A stretch of 64,000 nt of DNA from Octopus sinensis (taxonomy: Eukaryota): NCBI RefSeq assembly GCF_006345805.1, contig NC_043001.1:7192001-7256000 (forward strand). The letters are read 5' to 3'. Below are positions 13,050 to 25,900 of this stretch, piece by piece. Within the stretch, counting starts at the first letter, position 1, and each line of letters starts with the position of its first letter. The notes beneath the pieces are model-generated. The model was not told where the DNA came from, did not search any database, and saw only the letters and a list, made by a program, of their open reading frames with translations. A program made the position numbers and the translations under genes.

Positions 13050-13951
13050 TATATATATATATGATTGTCTATTGCCTTAAGTTTATTGCTATTTCACTTC
13101 TTACTAAAAGTAATTATTTCTAATTTTAGTAATAATATTGAAATATTTATATTGTGAATTCCACCATGTTTAATATAATTGTAATTCATATTTTGAAATT
13201 ATTTCTATACTAACAATGTTTATACGAATTTTAGGTATGGAAATCTTTTTGAGTTTTTCTTCTATTATAATAATATTTATATTTTTCGTACAATATTTTA
13301 ATGAATGCATATTGACATATTTTTCCATATATTTATTTCATATACTTTAATCTACGCCAATTTTCAGTACTAAGTTATATTAATCTTATCCTATATAACA
13401 ACTTATTCTCTATTTGTTTTTGGCTTTTTATTTGAACACCTAATATTTCTTTTAACGGTGTTCATATTTTTGTTGTTGATATCACACGTTATATTTCGTA
13501 AACTCTGTCTCTATGAAGCGTAAATATATGATTATCCTCTTCTCATAGCAATAATGTCTAATAATTATTTATGAATATTTTAATACTTCTCCCTTCTCAT
13601 TTTAGAAAACTGTATTATAAATGTATATAAGTTTTTTCTTGTCTTTCATAAATTTCAAAATCTATTTACATGTATACTTACTTTTACTTTTACTTTTACT
13701 TGTTTCAGTCATTGGACGGCGGCCATGCTGCAGCACCACCTTTAGACGAGCAAATAGACCCCGGGACTTATTCTTTGTAAGCCCAGTACTTATTCTATCG
13801 GTCTCTTTTGCCGAACCGCTAAGTTACGGGGACATAAACACACCAGCATCGGTTGTCAAGCAATGCTAGGGGGACAAATACACACACACAAACACACACA
13901 CATACACACCACACACACACACACATATCTCTCTCTCTCTCTCTCTATCAA

Positions 13952-13992
<41 letters not shown>

Positions 13993-14700
13993 CTACGACA
14001 TGCTTCTCTCAGTTTCCGTCTACCAAATCCACTCACAAAGCACTGGTCGGCCCGGGGCTATAGCAGAAGACACTTGCCCAAGATGCCACGCAGTGGGACT
14101 GAGCCCGGAACCATGTGGTTGGTTAGCAAGCTACTTACCACATAGCCACTCCTGCGCCTATACATTGTCTTATATTGACTTATATATTCAAATTTCTTAA
14201 AAGCCAAATTAATTTAATATTATTCATATTTCTCTTGTTTCAGTTCGTTATTTTTAGTTTTCTATATTTTTCTCTATTTTTCCAATCTTTTATTGTCTGG
14301 ATTTTGAATAATGCATTTATCACTTTACTTTTATAATACTAATAAGATCTACTTGTTACTTTTAATTATATCAATGAAAATTCCCTTCCGTTTGTTCGAC
14401 AATCTTCTGATAAAAGGATATTCATTTCATTTTCATTGTCTTACACGTCTTTTAACATTCTATTTAAATATTGCCTTTCCGTTCGTCTAAAGCCACAACC
14501 GAGATTTTAGTATATTTAACTATTTTTCTTTCACCTGATCACGTAGCTTCGTTTCTGCTTGATTTGGAGGACTTTTTCTATTATTGCACACATGTAAGTA
14601 ATTTAATTATGATTCGCATATGCTTCAATAATTTACAAAAAAATTTGTTGTGATATTTGAATTTACTTATAGTTAGATAAATTTCGATGTATCCACTGAG
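13050..14700 (-). pseudogene. Heavily decayed Penelope-like ORF N-terminal region, interrupted by a family A SINE
   Basis: Broken Lys/Ile/Asn-rich frames (e.g. IIIEEKLKKISIPKIRINIVSIEII; PPNQAETKLRDQVKEK) resembling the region upstream of PLE RT; low-specificity similarity. Confidence 0.3.
13677..14160 (-). mobile_element. Full-length SINE family A with an expanded internal CA/CT/TA microsatellite
   Basis: Same head, body and tail as 10650-11060; internal repeat about 13880-13990. Confidence 0.95.
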
Positions 14701-15539
14701 AGGATTTATGTTCATATAGAATATTGCAAACTAGATGCAAAAATGAAATAAATAAATTTTATTATAGAATTTCTCACGTCGTTTATAACTTTATACATTC
14801 TTTATCGCTTTATCATGTATCGTAGTATAAATCAACACTACTTTTGTTATATCCCTTTCTTCCTAGCTCTCCTGTCTGACCACTTCTGTCCGGCATTCAC
14901 CATGATTGATCGTTAACCACTAAATATTTTCTATTTTCCCTCTCTACTTATTTCTGTGTTCCAGTTGGTGCTATTATTTCAGTTGGTGCTATTATTCCTG
15001 CCTAATGGAGCAAAATATCATTCGCTATTACATCGATTTCTAATTTCGACACAAGGCCAGCTGTTTCGTGGCAGTAGGGAAAATAGATTTAATCGAACCC
15101 AATGACCAACCTTTACTTGAATTATTAACTCCGATAAGAAAAATATTAAAGTCGAACTGGGACGAAATGTCACGAACCATTTAACTCAGTGTTGTTACGA
15201 TTCTGCTCGCTTAACGCCTCATGTATATCTTCTTATACAGGTTTCAAATTATGAAACAAGGCCCTAGTGCTTAACTGGTACGTATTTTACCCACACCGAA
15301 AAGATAACTGGCAAAGCTGACAACAATAGAGCTTAAATTCAGAACGGAAACATAACAAATGTCATTAATCCTTCTGCCTGGTGCATTATCGATCCCCCCG
15401 GCTCACCGACATTTGTATTCCTTCTATATTGTCAGATATTTTATTTCATGATTTCATTTCTTTATGATTTCCAGAAGTAAAATTCATCTAAAAAAAGGTG
15501 CATGATTAGAATATTATATAAGTAGGGTGAAAATATTAA

Positions 15540-15903
15540 CGGTACGGTAAAATTGCCATAGTTTGTGCAGGACAAAGCTGAGATAGACGTAGCTTTGGAC
15601 ACAGTAACGCAATTAGTGACCACACAAAATAAAACCCAAGAAAACTTACATGATTGGCAACTGTATGAAGGAAAATTAACAATAAAAATGGCAATTATTA
15701 GTGAGATTATCAACAGAATATATAACAGCATGCCGAAAATTAAGCAGCAAAATTTGTTCTATATCTAGTGCATGGTTTTATATACGCATGCATACATAGG
15801 TAGTTATATATGCACGAAAACAGATGCCTATTTATACATATATATATATATATATAATATAGAAATATATATATAATTTATATATACATTATAGTTATTA
15901 TAT

Positions 15904-15979
<76 letters not shown>

Positions 15980-15995
15980 TATGTATATATGTATG

Positions 15996-16046
<51 letters not shown>

Positions 16047-16620
16047 ATATATTATATATATATATAATAAGCGTATATATAGACATACACACATACACCA
16101 CATAGTAAAGCAGCTGAGGCTAATGTTATCAAATAATCGGTTATTTATTACACGAAAGATAATGCATATTTCATGCAGCGCAGAATATTCCTCGGAGCAT
16201 TTTCCATTTGCCCTATTGTTAATATACATAATTGACATTACACTTCCCGTATTTTTTATGGATTCTATCATAGAGTAGCGAAAAAAATCTCAATTATAAA
16301 CAAAAAGAAAGGAAATATATCGACGATTGGATCGAAGAGAAAATTAGAAACAGTAAAAACAGTCTTCTACCCAATGCTCAGTTAGCTTCAAACATTACAA
16401 ATATAATTTTTTCCAGGTGTTTCTTTTTTACTCGATATGATATTTGCTGATATAAATAGCGATCTCAAACACGTTTGAGATACTGAGGGTTTCAAAGGGG
16501 ATTTCAAGGAAACCATTCTCCTCATTCTCAATAATATTACCATTTTGTTTGAGGTTTTTCCTGTTACTACTTTCAATATCGATATTACAGGATGTATAGT
16601 GGGTATGCAGGTCGTTGCGT
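15540..16620 (+). pseudogene. Possible ancient Helitron helicase remnant, split by a TA microsatellite
   Basis: Peptides YEGKLTIKMAIISEIINRIYNS..QQNLFYI and FPGVSFLLDMIF..KETILLILNNI..NIDITGCIVGMQV fall in the order of PIF1-type Helitron helicase segments; by eye, many stops. Confidence 0.35.
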
Positions 16621-16635
16621 ACATAATATATATAT

Positions 16636-16700
<65 letters not shown>

Positions 16701-16711
16701 TATATAGAAGG

Positions 16712-16762
16712 AGCTTCTACAGGACTAGAACTGTTTCATTCAAGAGAAATCATCAGGAAGCT
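16712..16762 (-). ncRNA. Type I hammerhead ribozyme motif
   Basis: Minus strand: AGCUUC CUGAUGA U-UUC-ucuu-GAA-U GAAA CAG-uucuaguc-CUG UA GAAGCU; 6-bp stem I, canonical core, stem III ACAG/CUGU, GUA triplet; U.U at 10.1-11.1. Confidence 0.7.
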
Positions 16763-16809
16763 TCTGATGATTTTTCTTGAATGAAACATTTCTAGTCCTG
16801 TAGAAAGCT
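16759..16809 (+). ncRNA. Second, more degenerate hammerhead motif (right arm)
   Basis: CUGAUGA (16764-16770) ... GAAAC (16783-16787) ... GUA (16800-16802); stems I and III partly disrupted. Confidence 0.5.
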
Positions 16810-16823
16810 CCTTCTAATAATAA

Positions 16824-16895
16824 ATTAATTTTACTCTGCTATGTATTGAGTACCTTATTTATTGTGGTTAACCCCGAATCAACCCGGGACCTACA
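16824..16895 (+). repeat. 72-bp element terminus, copy 1
   Basis: ATTAATTTTACTCTGCTATG...AACCCGGGACCTACA differs from 22758-22829 by 1 base. Confidence 0.9.
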
Positions 16896-16934
<39 letters not shown>

Positions 16935-17099
16935 TATATATAATATATATATATATATATTATAATATATATATATATATATTATTATATATATTATATA
17001 TATGTATAGTATATATATAATATATTATATGTCTACATATAATATATATATATACATGTGTGTGTGTGTATGTTTTAAAATTATGATGAATAATATTGG

Positions 17100-18340
17100 T
17101 AAAAAGTGTCTAGCCTCTTTTCTTCCAAAGATATTTTCGAGAAAGCTACTCCCTATTATAACAAGGCCCTAGCCAATAGTGACTTCAAAGATAAATTAAT
17201 ATATAATCCCTCTAATAATCAAAATATTATAAATGGGTCTCATGGGATCAAAGATCATTTAGTAACTAACCACTCTAGTGTTTATCAGGATAATAAGAAG
17301 CCTGAAAATAGGCTGAAGGAGATTATTTGGTTCGCCACTCTGTATTAACATAAAATCTAACATTAGTAAAATATTCTGCTCGCTCCTAGACAAACTCCTA
17401 GACAGCCTCTCGTGGAAACAGGAAAATATTTAATAAGAGTTCTGTGAAATTATCATTTAGTTAGAGTCCCATTATGAAGAGCATCATTACACGTGGCCAA
17501 CACCAAGCACCTGAATCTAGCTACAGCTGTCGCGATCCAGGATCCTGCAAACTTGACCAATGATACACGACTAAATCGATAATATATGAGGCAGAAGTTA
17601 CTACACTATAAATAATAATTCAACTGATGAGGAGACCTATGCTGGATTACGTGAATGATAATTTACAAATCACTATGCCAATCACGTAACCTCCTTCCGA
17701 CATACTGACAAAAGTAAAGCTAACAAGTCGGGTAGCTACGTATGGACTTTAAAAGATATTGACTCAACGCATGTGATTAAATGGGAAGTAATTGAGAAAT
17801 TCATACTTTATATGAATGGATCGAATAAATGTATAATTTCTTTGGCTGAATGAGCGCACATATTGTTCAGATCTAAGATTTCTAACCCTATTGAAATCGA
17901 GGTCAGAAAATTTTCAGTGATTACATGCATATTTATAAATATATTCTGAAGAATAGGGAAATTCCGCCTATTCCTGACCGATTTCATATCTTTCCAGCCT
18001 TATCATTTACGGTCTAAGGGAGATAACTCTTAACTTTTTTACCTTTTACTTTTTATTGTTGACATTTTAGTTTCTGTTTTACGTTTCCCGTTTTCAGTTT
18101 TCCGTTGTTTACTGTCTGCGTTTTTTATATGCAGCATTCTCGGTATTTTCGCATTACTTCTATTATTCTATTTCTTTAGTTCGTTATAGTATGTGGTTTG
18201 CGCCTGAAGAATATGTTTGAGAACTCTCAACACATGAAACTATTCATAGCGATTTGATGCATGTATTGCAGCCTTTTAATAAAAAATCTATTTCTCACCA
18301 GATAGAGAGTACTTTTTCTATAACGAACAGTACATTACAC
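17100..18340 (+). mobile_element. 5'-truncated decayed Penelope-like retroelement (RT C-terminus, GIY-YIG endonuclease, 3' pseudo-LTR)
   Basis: SSKDIFEKATPYYNKALANSDFKDKLIY, KEIIWF, KIFNKSSVKLSFS, TKSIIYEAEVTT, ETYAGL, SYVWTLKD..VIKWEVIEK..YMNGSNKCIISLAE match the PLE thumb/GIY-YIG layout; stops and frameshifts; lies between TA tracts. Confidence 0.85.
18200..18251 (+). ncRNA. Degenerate hammerhead in the 3' end of the Penelope-like element
   Basis: CUGAAGA (18204-18210), long stem II AUGU.UUGAG/CUCAA.ACAU, GAAA, stem III CUAU/AUAG; cleavage triplet mutated. Confidence 0.55.
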
Positions 18341-18342
18341 AT

Positions 18343-18381
<39 letters not shown>

Positions 18382-18990
18382 TGAAAGGGATTCCAAATTT
18401 CATTTTCACCTTTTATTTACAATCTTATAACAATGTATAAGAAATCATAATATAATGAAATGATAGAATCTTAAATGTTCATTCTGATGGTACTTTTCTA
18501 CATGAAGAAATGTAATCTACATGTTCATGTAGTAATGGTGACAGTTATGTTTTACTATTTACAACTGTGGCGAGATGGCTAAACTGTGTGCCTTAAATGC
18601 ATTCGCATTTAATGTTTCAGTCATCTCAGTAGGTTTGCCTTGATTCACTCACGAATCCTTTGTATCAATTCGTCAAGAGTTCGAAGACGATGTCGAAAAA
18701 CGTTGTTATTTACGTATTCCCAAACGAATAAGTCAGAAGTGGTTCAATCTGGTGAAGTTGCCGGCCACCCCACGTCTCCCCACAAAGCTCTTGAGTAACT
18801 GATGATGAGTAGTCAAATGGTAAAACCTAAAACGAAAAAGCGGGTTTTTGAGTAATTAATGATGAGGAGAAAATGGTCGATCTTAGACATTCAAGGTAAA
18901 TCCATCTTGCATCCATATTTCTGCCAACCTCCAAACCTTGCATTCTCTAAATGAGGAAGATCTTTATGCTTTCTCTGTATATATATATAT

Positions 18991-19066
<76 letters not shown>

Positions 19067-19107
19067 ATTATACATATATATATATATATATATATATCAT
19101 ATATATA

Positions 19108-19108
<1 letters not shown>

Positions 19109-19149
<41 letters not shown>

Positions 19150-19330
19150 TAGATAGATAGATAATAGACGATAGATAAATATATAATATATATATATATA
19201 TATATAGATAGATTGACAGATAGATAGATAGATAGATAGATAGACGATAAATAGATAGATAGATAGATAGATAGATCGATAGATAGATAGATAGATAGAT
19301 AGATAGCTAGATAGATAGATAGATAGATAG
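19109..19330. repeat. Interrupted (GATA)n array
   Basis: Read directly from the sequence. Confidence 0.95.
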
Positions 19331-19339
19331 GAGATAGGG

Positions 19340-19465
19340 GGTAGGGTGGTTTGCGTGTCAGTTTCTGTCGGACAAATCCGATCAAAGTCTTGTCACCGAG
19401 GCCGAAGTAGAAGACACCTGTTCAATGTGCTCTGCAGTGGAAAATAATCCCGGAACCAAGTGGTA
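19340..19465 (-). mobile_element. Old SINE family A head fragment
   Basis: TCAGTTTCTGTCGGACAAATCC...GTAGAAGACAC...CCCGGAACCAAGTGGT aligns by eye to family A. Confidence 0.5.
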
Positions 19466-19489
19466 AGTGGTAAATATATATGTTTATAT

Positions 19490-19526
<37 letters not shown>

Positions 19527-20237
19527 CTCTATATTATAATATATATATATATATATGTATGTGTGTATGTATGTATGTATGTAGTATGTATGTATGTATG
19601 TATGTATGTATGTATGTATGTATGTATGTACGTACGTATGTATCTATGTAAGTATGTATGAATATTTGTATGCATGTATGCATGTATGTATGTCAATATT
19701 CAGTTTTATTTCAAAAATTATTGCCGATAGAGAAAGGCGAATGTCTGGAGTGAAAGTCTTTCCAATTTTCAGTGTTCATGAATAATTGAACTCTGTATGT
19801 ATCATACGCGCGTAGACGTATAAATGCATAGTTTCCCTGGTTACGCCACCCTGATGAGAATCAAAATGCACTGAGTATTTTCCTTCACAGTAAATGAAGT
19901 GTCATTTTCATTTACTAATTCTCCACCTTTTCAATTCTCGCAAAATAATGAAAACTAATGTGTAAAATATTCGAAAGAGTAAAGTGAAATATTCACACTT
20001 CAGTTCTGCTATATGAAATATATGTTCTCGTAAATGCAAGAGTTAAATGTATATCTCGTTTTTCTGCTTTAATACATGTATAATTATCGGAATCAATTGA
20101 TGTTTTTCTGATTTATTTTTTGTGAATATGTAAAAGATTCGTCACATATTTAATGTAAATATTTTCTGGTTCAGTTTGGTACATGACACAAGCGACTAAC
20201 TTTCAAAAGATATTGGATCATGGCAATAGTTGCAAAC

Positions 20238-20337
20238 NNNNNNNNNNNNNNNNNNNNNNNNNNNNNNNNNNNNNNNNNNNNNNNNNNNNNNNNNNNNNNN
20301 NNNNNNNNNNNNNNNNNNNNNNNNNNNNNNNNNNNNN
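20238..20337. other. Assembly gap (100 N)
   Basis: Run of exactly 100 N; sequences on either side may not be contiguous. Confidence 1.
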
Positions 20338-20556
20338 CATTGCCAAATGACATCTTTACTTTTTGTATCTTTACTGCTTAATTAATGAATAATCGTGTGT
20401 ATATTTAATTCTTTGTAGTACACTTCTAATTAGAAATAGACAATGAATTTAATTAAAATATTTAGCTGTAATTTTCGAAAAACATTTTTGGCCTTATGAA
20501 TCGATATTTTTTTGCGAATTGCGAATATATATATACATACATATATATATTATATA

Positions 20557-20610
<54 letters not shown>

Positions 20611-21439
20611 ATATATATAAGTCTGTGTGTATTTATATAGGCATCTTTTTCTCTTGTATAATCTCCATGGCACATGGCGCTCCATAAATTATACTTTAAT
20701 ATAATGTTTATTAGTCAATATATTTACAACGTTCTAAGATTTTGCATCTATTCGCAGTAGCACTTCTGTTATCATGGGCTCTCAATTTCGCTCAGAATTC
20801 GAATTTGCTTTCATTCGTTCATGATCAACGAATAAAGGGATAATGATACCGATCCATATCTCTCACTCTCTTTATCTCTCTCTCTCTATCTCTCTCTCTG
20901 CCTTTCTGTCTTTGTATTCCTGTCACTCGTTATGGGTGTTTTTAATGATATGAGAGATAATAGATTTGCGGGAATTACCTCCCTTCCTTTATATGAAGAA
21001 TATTATATCGAGTGGATACTATATATATTTACACGTAAATTGCTCTGCAATTGAAAACCTTGTAGGATAAAAAAAAAATAGGAAAAATGACGCTAGATGC
21101 ATAAGGAGAACATTTATTATCCCCATGTTTCATATAATCGTTGTTATTGAGGATTTTTCTCAGGAAATTTTGCAAGTTTGCCTGAATTTATTTGGTAGCT
21201 GTTTCTATGTATTCCCAAGCGAAAGTTTCATTATGTAAAAATTTGTTAAGATATCTTATTCTGGAAACTCCTGAGTCTAGAATCTGCTGATGCGCTAAAA
21301 AGGAAACAAAAATAAATAGAAATGTAGTTATAACTATCAATAAGCAAATTTTACTGCAGAGAGTTAATAAAATAATTATGAATGTTTTTTTCTTTAAGAA
21401 TGTTTTGCGTTTTCTTCTTTTTCTATTTTAACACTTTCA

Positions 21440-22350
21440 CTGTTCTTTTATTGGTGTGCAAAGAAATTTTTGTAGCTCAGAATTTATTATATGCATTTTT
21501 CCATTTTTACACAGTATTGCGAGTGATTTGAAGACGCTGTGGCGATAATCTTGACACTTCAATAAACAGTGTGTTTCTTTACCTTTCTTTAATAGGTAAT
21601 CTCTAACTATCTTCCTCATATAAACTGTGCCGGTGGTAGATAAATCCTAGAGTTATTTATACAGTTTTCGTTCTCTTTGTTTGTCCGATATTGTTAAGAT
21701 ATGGAAACTTCTCCCTTAATACAAAACGTGTATAATGCACAGGGTTTGATATCCACGAGGTTTCAGCGTCCTTATTTCGCTTTTCACTATAGGCTGGGCA
21801 TTCTCTGTGTGACTACAATATTGCTATTTTTAACAGTTATTTGCATTTTGTCCATGCGTTGTATATAAATTGGTAATTATGAAAGCTATTTGAATCAGAC
21901 ATTTGTTTGGTGTTATTCGCCAGAAATTTAATTAAATTTATACGAATAGAAAGCCGCCAGTTTTATAATCTTAGTTCTATTTTTGGAAGGGTTGGTGTGC
22001 CAAAATATTCACTCTGGAAAAATGAGTTTGAAAAATACATCACAATCTGCTTCAACACAAGATTTCGCATTAAGAATGTTGTAAAACATAAGGAAAACTG
22101 TAGTATTATAAGTGTTTCGGAACAGTCGTTTTTTAATTTGTTTTGAGAATGATTTCGGGAAGAAAACGTCGGTCCGGTGTCGTCGGTTCTATCCACACGA
22201 ATAATAAATTTCTTTATATGTTATGAGTAGCTCTCCAATCATTTAGCTGCAATTATTTTGCTATCCCACATTTCCATAGTAAAACTTTCCGAGCATTATT
22301 GTGCGCATGACACACTCAATTAACTGCTGGGTCGTAGAAAGTGTGGTAAA
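21440..22350 (-). mobile_element. Decayed Penelope-like retroelement fragment (RT thumb and GIY-YIG)
   Basis: Minus-strand peptides with frameshifts: SFTMEM, LLITYKEIYY, a corrupted RKPTDTG-like stretch (RTDDTGPTFSSRNHSQNKLK), then CIKGEVSIS..SRIY..GTVYMRKIVRDYL. Confidence 0.6.
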
Positions 22351-22757
22351 ATTTTGTTAATTCTGTCTAATAAAACAGTTCATTGTTGATAATAAATCAA
22401 AAACAATTCCTTAATACGAAAAATAATAGAAAATGAAATGAGAAAAAGAAAACAAAATTATCAGATTATAGTTCAATTAAAATACTTCTTTCTTAGTCTA
22501 GACAATTAGTAACATAGTGGACAATTTAATTATATTTGCTAATATTTATGCTTTTAATTAAGTATTAAAATCAAATATATTATTCAGCATTTCAGTTTTC
22601 GAATATAGGAGACGTATTTTAATGTGAACAGAGACAGAGTCAATGAATTATTAGTCATGAGGCGATTATGTAAAGCATTAGATATTCTCCGTACCCTACA
22701 CACACACATACGTGCTCATACAAAACCGCATATATATATATATATATATATATTATT

Positions 22758-22825
22758 ATTAATTTTACTCTGCTATGTATTGAGTACCTTATTTACTGTG
22801 GTTAACCCCGAATCAACCCGGGACC

Positions 22826-22829
<4 letters not shown>
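22758..22829 (+). repeat. 72-bp element terminus, solo copy 2 inside (TA)n
   Basis: Near-identical to 16824-16895; TA repeats on both sides. Confidence 0.9.
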
Positions 22830-22902
<73 letters not shown>

Positions 22903-23169
22903 ACCAATAAAATACCTCACCCTCCTTCACATTTATTTCCTTCTTTCTTCTCCCTTGCTTATCAAAACCCACAAAATGCTTTATATACAAAGAAGCCAAG
23001 AAATCTAACTTGCAACCACATTCTGATAAATCTCATAACGCAAGAAAGGGCTAAAAAAGTAAATAAATAAAAATATATGTATAACCATCCAACATTTTGA
23101 CAACCTTATCATTCAAAATATAGAATATCTGTATATCCCGTAAAAAACTTTCTCGCTCTTGCTACTCTC

Positions 23170-23265
<96 letters not shown>

Positions 23266-23278
23266 CCTATCTATCTAT
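23170..23278. repeat. (TATC)n array
   Basis: Read directly from the sequence. Confidence 0.95.
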
Positions 23279-23289
23279 ATATATATATA

Positions 23290-23476
23290 TACATAAAAGG
23301 AGAATTCACAAAAAAAAAAAGGCGAAGATAGGTGGTGTAGACAACAAACAGATGTATTAGTTTTATCGCACAAGAAGTGAAATAGTCACGTTTCGAGTCT
23401 ACGCTTTTCCACATAAAGGAACACAGAAGAAACAGGGAGAGAAAATAAAGATGTGTAGCGGCTAGCGATCTATCAT

Positions 23477-23480
<4 letters not shown>
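23290..23480 (-). mobile_element. Penelope-like terminal fragment, family b
   Basis: Reverse complement shares AGCGTAG(A/G)CTCGAAACGT and AATACATCTGTTTGTTG with 36595-36825 and a related tract at 49365-49580. Confidence 0.75.
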
Positions 23481-23531
<51 letters not shown>

Positions 23532-25215
23532 ATGACATCCGGGAAGTGCGGCCTCTGGATAATCTCATTGAACGATAGGGTACATATATATTTGCTTGAG
23601 ATATTTAGACAGTATTTCATTCATCTATAAGTCTTAATTTCCTTTCATTGGATTTTATATACCATACAATATAACGGTGTCATAAAGGAGAATGGGGAAT
23701 TCAATACTTCTTTATTAGCGTATTGTGTACATGAAATTGACATAAGATCCCAGTCCGACACGTGTTTCTGCTGCATATGTGCTCGAATATGTTTTGATTA
23801 AGCATTAAATGCATTTAGTTTGTTCCGGTACTTTACATATTTATCCACGGTAGACATTTCAATAAAAATTTGTCCAAGGTAGAATGGCCTTATAGCATTT
23901 TCTCGTTGACTATTTTGGCATTAGAACATTTTGTATTTAACTAATTATTTATTTACAAGAAACTTTATGCCAATTACAATATTGCACAATGCGAATAATT
24001 TATGTTAGACTATACGATACGGATATTCGAATTATTTATAATCGTAATACCGTATGGAGGATTACCCGATAAGTGAAACAAATTAATTTCTGTATATTTT
24101 ATTGACAGCATATTGCAGAGTCATCAGAAGGATATACAAAGCATATAATAAGCTATTATGACGTCAATGATTACCAGGGAAATATACGGCTGTTCAAATG
24201 TATAAACCACGATACAAAAGATATGCTGGTATTCATGTAACCAGTGGAGAAACCTGGTTACATGAACGTCCATTCTGTATAGTAAGTGCTCCACAGAAAT
24301 CCTCACTGCTGTGTTTAGTAAACGGCACTCAAAAGTAGTCAATCCTGTTGACTACGACGTGTAAGGGATCCCAGGATAGCATGGCAATGGCCTGAAGATC
24401 ATACAGTGAGTCTTTCTTTTGAAACAACAGTTAACTACAATTATTTTATCATCTCCTAATAATTGAAAAAAACATTTTCTATGTTGTATAATATAATAGT
24501 TGCATGTTAAAATATATATTCCCAGTCGAATACGTTAGAATTGATAACATATAAACCGGATCTCTGAAAGAGTAAATATTAGAAAAGATATGTCTCCTAA
24601 CAGCTAAAATTATACACCATCTCATGAATCACCGACGCTATTTGTCAATTTTACAATATTAAAGATATGATGGAATTGCTCAAATCATCGTAGGTGTGTA
24701 ATTCGTATTGCTAATTAAAATGTATTGAACTCTGTGGTCTCCGTGTTTTAACTGTCACTTGACTTTTCTTAGAGACAGTAATGCAAGAATGCTTTTTTTT
24801 TGTGTAATGCACTGCAAAGAGAATTTCTTTTATTCCTATCTCTCCACAAGTTCATTTGTGTAATTTACAGCTGATCAGAGACCTTTTCGCAATTACTGGA
24901 CCACAAATTCATGATATAAATGAGAGAACATTTTATGGTGAGGCCAAAGGCCGTGTATGGACACGATTTTAGCTCTTCACTCTTCCTTCTATAATTTATG
25001 TTTTATGATTCAACAACAATCAATATAACTCCTCCATGTAAAGTGTATCTCTGTACGAACACTCATAAATATATTTTAGTCATGTGTAATGCCTGTGCTG
25101 TTTCGTAGAGTGTCTGAAGATGCACATAAAGCTAGGCCTCAGTCTGTTTTCTGCGCGTTTAATGTACGAATACATGTATTTTTACCGGGTTTGTTAGATA
25201 TAATTTAAAGTTGTA

Positions 25216-25626
25216 TAGGAGTGGCTGTGTGGTAAGTAGTTTTCTTACCAACCACGTGGTTCCAGGTTCAGTGCCACTGCGTGGCACCTTGGGCAAGTGT
25301 CTTCTACTATAGCCTCGGGCCGACCAAAGCCTTGTGAGTGGATTTGGTAGACGGAAACTGAAAGAAGCCCGTCATATATATGTATATATATATATGTGTG
25401 TGTGTGTTTGTGTGTCTGTATTTGTCCCCCTAGCATTGCTTGACAACCGATGCTGGTGTGTTTATGCCCCCGTAACTTAGCGGTTCGGCAAAAGAGACCG
25501 ATAGAATAAGTACTGGGCTTACAAAAGAATAAGTCCCGGGGTCGAGTTGCTCGATTAAAGGCGGTGCTCCAGCATGGCCGCAGTCAAATGACTGAAACCA
25601 GTAGAAGAGTAAAAGAGCAAAAGAGT
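25216..25626 (+). mobile_element. Full-length SINE family A
   Basis: TAGGAGTGGCTGTGTGGTAAG head through the AGAGTAAAAGAG tail. Confidence 0.95.
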
Positions 25627-25900
25627 GATTATCCATGTTATAATTTGTCCAATTTAGAGTAGACAATTCACTAGAAGTATATGATTAATGAAATGAAACC
25701 CTGATATGTTGGTTTAAGTTTCAAGAGCAAACATGGGTTGTTGACCATATTAATATATGAATATAGCATCATTTGATGTAATGCGATAAGCGAAGTTTCG
25801 AGACAGTGAGGGTCATTATAGAATTTGTTTATGCACTGCTTCCAACCATTGATTAATCTCAGACAGTTTGCATTAGCGTAGCATTTATTATGTTCTCTGC

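Larger units (their letters stand above)
16706..16815. mobile_element. 110-bp palindrome made of two head-to-head hammerhead motifs
   Basis: AGAAGGAGCTTCTACAGGACTAGAA...TCATCAGGAAGCTTCTGATGA...TTCTAGTCCTGTAGAAAGCTCCTTCT; centre GAAGCTTC. Confidence 0.85.

Noticed and set aside
17945-17975. Hammerhead at CTGAAGA ATAGG..CCTAT
   Set aside because: No GAAA or cleavage triplet after the hairpin; lies at the end of the PLE coding region
18620-18810. Short open frames including CLDSLTNPLYQF (GPCR NPxxY-like)
   Set aside because: Too short, the motif is imperfect, and there are no supporting neighbouring exons
20171-20353. ORF spanning the N run
   Set aside because: Artefact of the assembly gap
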